Positions 59,285 through 64,000 of a DNA stretch of 64,000 bases are shown one piece after another. This stretch comes from Trueperaceae bacterium (GTDB lineage Bacteria > Deinococcota > Deinococci > Deinococcales > Trueperaceae), in NCBI GenBank assembly GCA_965214405.1, contig OZ243956.1, positions 64,001-128,000 on the forward strand, in the 5' to 3' direction. The translations under genes and the position numbers were made by a program. The notes under the pieces are model-generated. The model ran no database searches. It was not told where the DNA came from and saw only the letters and a program-made list of their open reading frames with translations. Within the stretch, counting starts at the first letter, position 1. Every line of letters begins with the position of its first letter.

Positions 59285-60544
59285 TTACGGCTTTAACGTT
59301 TCAGGCTCATAAGCCCGCGCGACGATGCCGATGGGCAAACACGAAAAACCGGGCGGCGTGAAGTCGAAGCGAAACGTACCCGTCTCCCCCGCCTCAAGCG
59401 CAAGCTGACCGATAACGGTGCCGTGGTCGGTCACGTCGAGCGCGCCCAGCATGTCCTCGGGGAGTTTGAACACGGAACCGTCCTCGAGCCGCACCGCCCC
59501 CGAAATCACGCAGCCGATGTTGACCGCGTAAAAGCGCACGATTCTGTCTCCGCCGGTTTTGTTCACGACTTCTGTATCAACGTGGTACAGCATTCCGTAG
59601 TTGCCGCGGTTCTGCGCCTCCGCCTCGAGCACTTCATCCACACCAAAAACCCAGTCGGAGCCGGGGGACACGGTGAAGCCGGGTTCATCATCGCCCGCTA
59701 TTTCCAGCGTCACGTCCACCTGCCGCTCGGCACCGGGAAAGGTGCCGCGCCCTGCGCCGGTCCTATCGGCGGGGAGGTCCTCGAGCCCCATCACGTCCTC
59801 CGTACCCTCATTTAGCGACACCACACGCACCTCGACGGGGCCGCTCGTCTCAAAGTCGGCCTGTAAACTCACGCCGCCCTTGTAGTCCACCGGGGTGGTG
59901 GGTAGGGTGGGCTCGAGCCAGCGCCATTCACCCGGCGGAATCTCGAGGGTGCGCGGCTCTAAGGGCGAAAGAAACTCGTAGGCCACCTCCTGCCCGCCGT
60001 AGCGGTAGCCGTACTGGTCTTTGACCGCCATCCCGAGCGCCGTCAGCGTGACGGTTACGGGCGCGTCGCCGGGGTTGTGCAGCAGAGCGGCGAAACGGCG
60101 CGGCTCTAAGTCCGCGTTCACGTGATAAAAGTAGACGCCGCCGGATTTCTCCACCGTTCCCCTGTAGAGCACGCCCTCCCCCGACACATTTTCGGGCCGG
60201 TTGCTCATCACCTGGGTGCGGCCCAGCGGCGTGACGGTCGTGGGCACCGCCGCGGCCTCGAAATCCTTTTTGGTGTAGCGTTGCCCCATCGGGATGCTGG
60301 TGCCGAGTTCTAGGGGTGGGGTGTTGAAAACGGGGTCTTCCAAGGTGACCTCTTGAGCCGTTGCGAACGCGAACGAGGCGAACAGCAGCGTGATGAAGAG
60401 TTGATACCTTATCAGCGTGCGTAGATCCCCCCCAGCCCCCCTTGTTAAGGGTCCGAGCGAAGCGAGAACGGTAGCGGGTGCCGATAGGCGAGTGGATTGT
60501 TCGACTCTCTTTATGTTTAACAAATATTCACCTCTAACCATCAA
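59285..60544 (-). CDS. Hypothetical secreted protein (start uncertain)
   Basis: Signal-peptide-like segment near aa 44-63; SNRPE, RGTF, GNYG motifs. Confidence 0.6.
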   Translation of the reverse strand: MMVRGEYLLNIKRVEQSTRLSAPATVLASLGPLTRGAGGDLRTLIRYQLFITLLFASFAFATAQEVTLEDPVFNTPPLELGTSIPMGQRYTKKDFEAAAVPTTVTPLGRTQVMSNRPENVSGEGVLYRGTVEKSGGVYFYHVNADLEPRRFAALLHNPGDAPVTVTLTALGMAVKDQYGYRYGGQEVAYEFLSPLEPRTLEIPPGEWRWLEPTLPTTPVDYKGGVSLQADFETSGPVEVRVVSLNEGTEDVMGLEDLPADRTGAGRGTFPGAERQVDVTLEIAGDDEPGFTVSPGSDWVFGVDEVLEAEAQNRGNYGMLYHVDTEVVNKTGGDRIVRFYAVNIGCVISGAVRLEDGSVFKLPEDMLGALDVTDHGTVIGQLALEAGETGTFRFDFTPPGFSCLPIGIVARAYEPETLKP

Positions 60545-61407
60545 TAATTCCTATCCGTCACCGCCCGCGCGGTGACCGCGACCTGCGCCTCGGCGTCCGG
60601 GCGGCGGGTAAGAAGCGCGGCGAAAAGGGCGTCTAAAAGAAGGAGCTGGCCCATTTTGCTCGAGATGGACCCCCCCGTCAGCGGCGACTCGGGGTGCGCG
60701 GTGTAGAGCGCGTGCTTAGCGGCGTTTGCTGCGGGGCTTTTCGGCCGCTGCGTCACCACCACCGTGGTGGTGCCCGCCGCGTTGGCGAGGTCCAGGACAC
60801 GTACTGTGTCCAAGGTCGAACCCGAGCGGGTGATGCCGATGACGACTGCGTCTTTGGGCAGCGTCGCGGCGGTCATCGCCGCCAAGTGCGCGTCGGCGGG
60901 GGCCAACACGCGGTAGCCCAAGCGCAAAAACTTGTATGCAAAATCTTGCGCCGTCACGCCCGACGCGCCCGCGCCGAAAACGAGGAGTTGGTCGGTTTTT
61001 AAGAGGGCGGAGAGGATGGGCTCGAGCCCCGCCCCCCGCAGCATCGCCCGCGTCTCGCCGAGCGCCCCTTGAGCTTCGCGGGTCACGCGGTCGAGGACGC
61101 TTTCTAAGTCGGCATCGTCAGCGCTTCCGTTGCCGTTCTCTCCCTGGGGCCGCACCGCTAAGTCGGCGGCGAGCGCGAGTTTGAAGTCCTGAAAGCCCTT
61201 AAAGCCCAAGTCGCGGCAGAGCCTTATCACGCTCGCCTCGCCCACGCCCGCTCCCTCGGCGAGTTCGGTCACGGATTGATAGACGACTTCCTTGGGAGCC
61301 CCTAACACGGCTTCCCCGAGTCTTTTTAGGGCCGGGCTCAGATAAGGGAGACCCGCGCGCAGCCTCGAGAGCGCCCCCGCCCCCACCGCCCCCTCAGCAA
61401 CCGTCAT
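60541..61407 (-). CDS. MurR/RpiR-family transcriptional regulator
   Basis: HTH (SVTELAE..GVGEASVIRLC..LGFKGFQDFK) plus SIS domain (GAGAS, ITRSG). Confidence 0.92.
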   Translation of the reverse strand: MTVAEGAVGAGALSRLRAGLPYLSPALKRLGEAVLGAPKEVVYQSVTELAEGAGVGEASVIRLCRDLGFKGFQDFKLALAADLAVRPQGENGNGSADDADLESVLDRVTREAQGALGETRAMLRGAGLEPILSALLKTDQLLVFGAGASGVTAQDFAYKFLRLGYRVLAPADAHLAAMTAATLPKDAVVIGITRSGSTLDTVRVLDLANAAGTTTVVVTQRPKSPAANAAKHALYTAHPESPLTGGSISSKMGQLLLLDALFAALLTRRPDAEAQVAVTARAVTDRNY

Positions 61408-62087
61408 CCGTCAGCCTCAACTGGAACGGATAAAGCTTCCCTAAACCAACCCGTCACCACCTCCGGGCGGGTGATGGCGCTGCCCACGACCACCGCGTAA
61501 GCACCCCGCTCTAAAGCCTCTCTGGCCTCGGCGGGCGTGCGGATGCGGCCTTCGGCGAGGGGGCGGACGCCTCGAGCCGCGAGTTTTGAGATGAGCGCTA
61601 AGTCGGGACCGTCAAGTTTAGGTGTGTAAGCTGTGTAGCCGGACAACGTCGTGCTCACCATATCCGCGCCAGCCCCCAACGCCGCTTCCGCCTCCTCCAC
61701 CGTCGAGATATCCGCCAGCGCAACCCTTGAAAAGCGGTGAATCTCCTCCACAAGCGCCCCCACCGGCACGGGCCGCTCGCGCAGGGTCGCGTCAAAGGCG
61801 ATAACGTCCGCGCCCGCGTGGTGAACCGCCGCAACGTCGTCAAGCCCCGGCGTGATATACACCTCGCCCTCGCCCCGCCGCTTGACGAGGCCGATAATCG
61901 GCACCCGCTGCTCGGCCCGCACCGCGGCGATGTTGGGGGTGCCCTCGAGCCTCAACCCCGCCGCCCCGCCCCGCACCGCCGCCTCGGCAAACGCGCGGAT
62001 AAACGCGGGCGCGTCAAACGGGCTCCCCGCGTCCGCCTGACAGGACACGACGAGCGCGCCCTCGTCAATCCCCCCACGCGTCGTCAC
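61404..62087 (-). CDS. nanE: N-acetylmannosamine-6-phosphate 2-epimerase
   Basis: LVVSCQA, PIIGLVKR, VYITP, AFDAT.R.RP, TTLSGYT, EGRI, VVGSAITRP; start GTG 62087. Confidence 0.9.
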   Translation of the reverse strand: MTTRGGIDEGALVVSCQADAGSPFDAPAFIRAFAEAAVRGGAAGLRLEGTPNIAAVRAEQRVPIIGLVKRRGEGEVYITPGLDDVAAVHHAGADVIAFDATLRERPVPVGALVEEIHRFSRVALADISTVEEAEAALGAGADMVSTTLSGYTAYTPKLDGPDLALISKLAARGVRPLAEGRIRTPAEAREALERGAYAVVVGSAITRPEVVTGWFREALSVPVEADG

Positions 62088-62950
62088 CCTTTCACCGAAC
62101 CCGCTAAACCCTCGATAAAGTAGCGCTGCAAAATCAGGAAAATGAGAATCACCGGGATGATGGAAATCACCGTCGCCGCGGCGATGTTGCCATAATTCAA
62201 GGACAGCTCGCCCGTGGTGAGGCGGGCGATCGCCACGGACAAGGGGAACTTGTCGGGGTCGCTTAAGACGATTAAGGGCCACTGATAAATGTTCCAGAGC
62301 GCCACAAATTCAAGAATCGTCACGGTGACGAGCGCGGGCTTGACCAGAGGCAGCATGATGCGCCACCACAAGACGAACTCGTTGGCCCCGTCGATGCGCC
62401 CGGCGTCCTCCAACTCGCGCGGGATGGACAAGAACGCCTGCCGCAGCAAGAAAACGTTAAATACTGTGATCGCGTTGGGCAGGACCACGCCCGCGATGGT
62501 ATCCACCAAGCTCAACCGGACGAGCGTCAAAAAATTCACCACGATGTTGAGCGTGCTCGGCAACACGAGCGTCGAGACGATAAGGAAGAAAATCACGTCG
62601 CGCCCCGGAAAGCGGATGCGCGCCAGCGCGTAGCCCGCCGTCGACGACATCGCCAAATTCGCCAGCACCCCCCAAAAGGTGATGACCGAGGTGTTCCATA
62701 AAAAGCGCGGCATGTTCTGCGCGCGCCAAACTTCTATGTAGGAGCCAAAACTCACAGGTCTGGGGAGCAGTTCGGGGGGAAAGGTGAGCAGGTTTTGTCC
62801 GCTTTTTAGAGAGGTTGACAGCAACCACAAAAAGGGTCCTGTAGCGATGAGCGCGAACAAAATCAGCAGCGCGTAGAGCACGAGCATAAGCCCGAAGCGT
62901 TTGGGCTTAAAGCGCAGGCGGTTCTTAGGACGTGCGGCGGTCACAGCCAT
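62084..62950 (-). CDS. Carbohydrate ABC permease
   Basis: EDAGRIDGA; QRYFIEGL.GSVKG. Confidence 0.9.
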   Translation of the reverse strand: MAVTAARPKNRLRFKPKRFGLMLVLYALLILFALIATGPFLWLLSTSLKSGQNLLTFPPELLPRPVSFGSYIEVWRAQNMPRFLWNTSVITFWGVLANLAMSSTAGYALARIRFPGRDVIFFLIVSTLVLPSTLNIVVNFLTLVRLSLVDTIAGVVLPNAITVFNVFLLRQAFLSIPRELEDAGRIDGANEFVLWWRIMLPLVKPALVTVTILEFVALWNIYQWPLIVLSDPDKFPLSVAIARLTTGELSLNYGNIAAATVISIIPVILIFLILQRYFIEGLAGSVKG

Positions 62951-62967
62951 AAATCACGCTCTCCTAT

Positions 62968-63918
62968 CTAGTAGTAGTTGAGCCCGCCGTTGCGGTTGAA
63001 AATAAACACGCCCACCGAGGCCACCAGCACCACCGCCCCGAGGACGATGCCGACCGCCGCCGCGTAACCGAACTCGAACTGTCCGAAGCCCGTTTTGTAA
63101 AGGTACGCGTTGGCGACCATCGTCGAGTCGATGGGGCCGCCCCGCGTCATCACCCAGACCTCGTCAAAGACTCTCAAGGCGGCGATGGTCGACAGGAGGC
63201 TGCACAGCAGCACGTAGGGCTTAAGGAGCGGGATGGTGACAAACCAGAGGTTCTGAAACGCGTTGGCCCCGTCGATGCGCGCCGCCTCGCCGAGTTCGCG
63301 CGGCACGCCCTGCAAGCCTGCCAAGTAGATCACCATGTAGTAGCCCAAGCCCTTCCACATCGTCACGGCCATGACCGAATAGAGCGCGATGCTGGGATCC
63401 GTAAGAAAACCGACGGGGTCCAAGGGGTGAATCACGCCCAGCGAGACCAAAAAGCCGTTGAGTAGGCCCCGGCTCTGGTAGAGCCACTTCCAGGTAATCG
63501 CCACCGCCACCATCGAGGTGACCACGGGAATGTAGTACATGGTGCGGAAAATGCCGCGACCGGGAATCTTCTGGTTGAGCAAGACCGCCAAAATAATCGA
63601 CAAGATTTGCAGGGGCGGCACCACCGCAAGGTAGATAAGCGAGTTTTTCATCGCATTCCAGAAGTTGCCGTCATTCATAAGCCGCCGGAAGTGACTTAGG
63701 CCGACAAAGGTGGGCTCGAGCGTTAACGAAATATCAAAAAACGCCAGCGGGAGGCTCAAAAGAATCGGAAAAATAGTGAACACCAGGAAAATAATGAGCG
63801 TAGGCAGCACGAACAGCCAGCCAAAAACTGCCCGCTTACGCGCCATCTGGTTGCGCCGCGGACGAGATTTGCCCCGCCCACCCTGCTCCGCCTTGCTGGG
63901 TAAAGCTTCCATACCCAC
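62968..63918 (-). CDS. Carbohydrate ABC permease
   Basis: YLAGLQGVP, EAARIDGA, FGYAAA. Confidence 0.9.
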   Translation of the reverse strand: MGMEALPSKAEQGGRGKSRPRRNQMARKRAVFGWLFVLPTLIIFLVFTIFPILLSLPLAFFDISLTLEPTFVGLSHFRRLMNDGNFWNAMKNSLIYLAVVPPLQILSIILAVLLNQKIPGRGIFRTMYYIPVVTSMVAVAITWKWLYQSRGLLNGFLVSLGVIHPLDPVGFLTDPSIALYSVMAVTMWKGLGYYMVIYLAGLQGVPRELGEAARIDGANAFQNLWFVTIPLLKPYVLLCSLLSTIAALRVFDEVWVMTRGGPIDSTMVANAYLYKTGFGQFEFGYAAAVGIVLGAVVLVASVGVFIFNRNGGLNYY

Positions 63919-64000
63919 CTCCTACACCTTCCAAGCAACATGCAACCGGGTCACGCTTAACCGGACAATCCTCGACCAGACATTCAGCCAGCCTAAAAAA

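Overview
GC-rich bacterial chromosome segment. It is very probably Deinococcota (Truepera-like), judging from DUF3809/DUF3248-type genes, many leaderless -10/start arrangements and abundant CTCGAG; this is inference. Housekeeping and catabolic genes include ABC transporters, two sulfatases, mnmE, prfB with its +1 frameshift, cdaA-cdaR-def-fmt-der, pgm and a nanE/RpiR sugar cluster. There are also two frameshift-type IS elements and tRNA-Val(CAC), followed by a remnant of a rolling-circle Rep element. The centre (23.9-40.9 kb) is a type I-E CRISPR-Cas locus with an 83-repeat array and an unusual regulatory architecture. (1) Cas3 is fused in frame to an N-terminal HTH-WYL-WCX regulator. (2) The same palindrome, (G/A)CGTCA-N5-TGACGC-ACCC, sits 10 nt before a -10-like hexamer both inside the WYL/Cas3 linker and upstream of cas8e. 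(3) Between cas3 and cas8e lie a RelE/XRE toxin-antitoxin pair and a hidden two-repeat mini-array (28466-28555). Its spacer matches 23 of the first 24 nt of a site only 10 bp downstream, behind a canonical AAG PAM and abutting a sigma70 promoter. That promoter drives a short, terminator-bounded, structured transcript with a 61-aa ORF. This looks like a Cascade-repressed toxin (CreTA/CrePA-like addiction) module. A second RelE-type TA pair follows the array. Functional claims are inferences from sequence only; no databases were searched.
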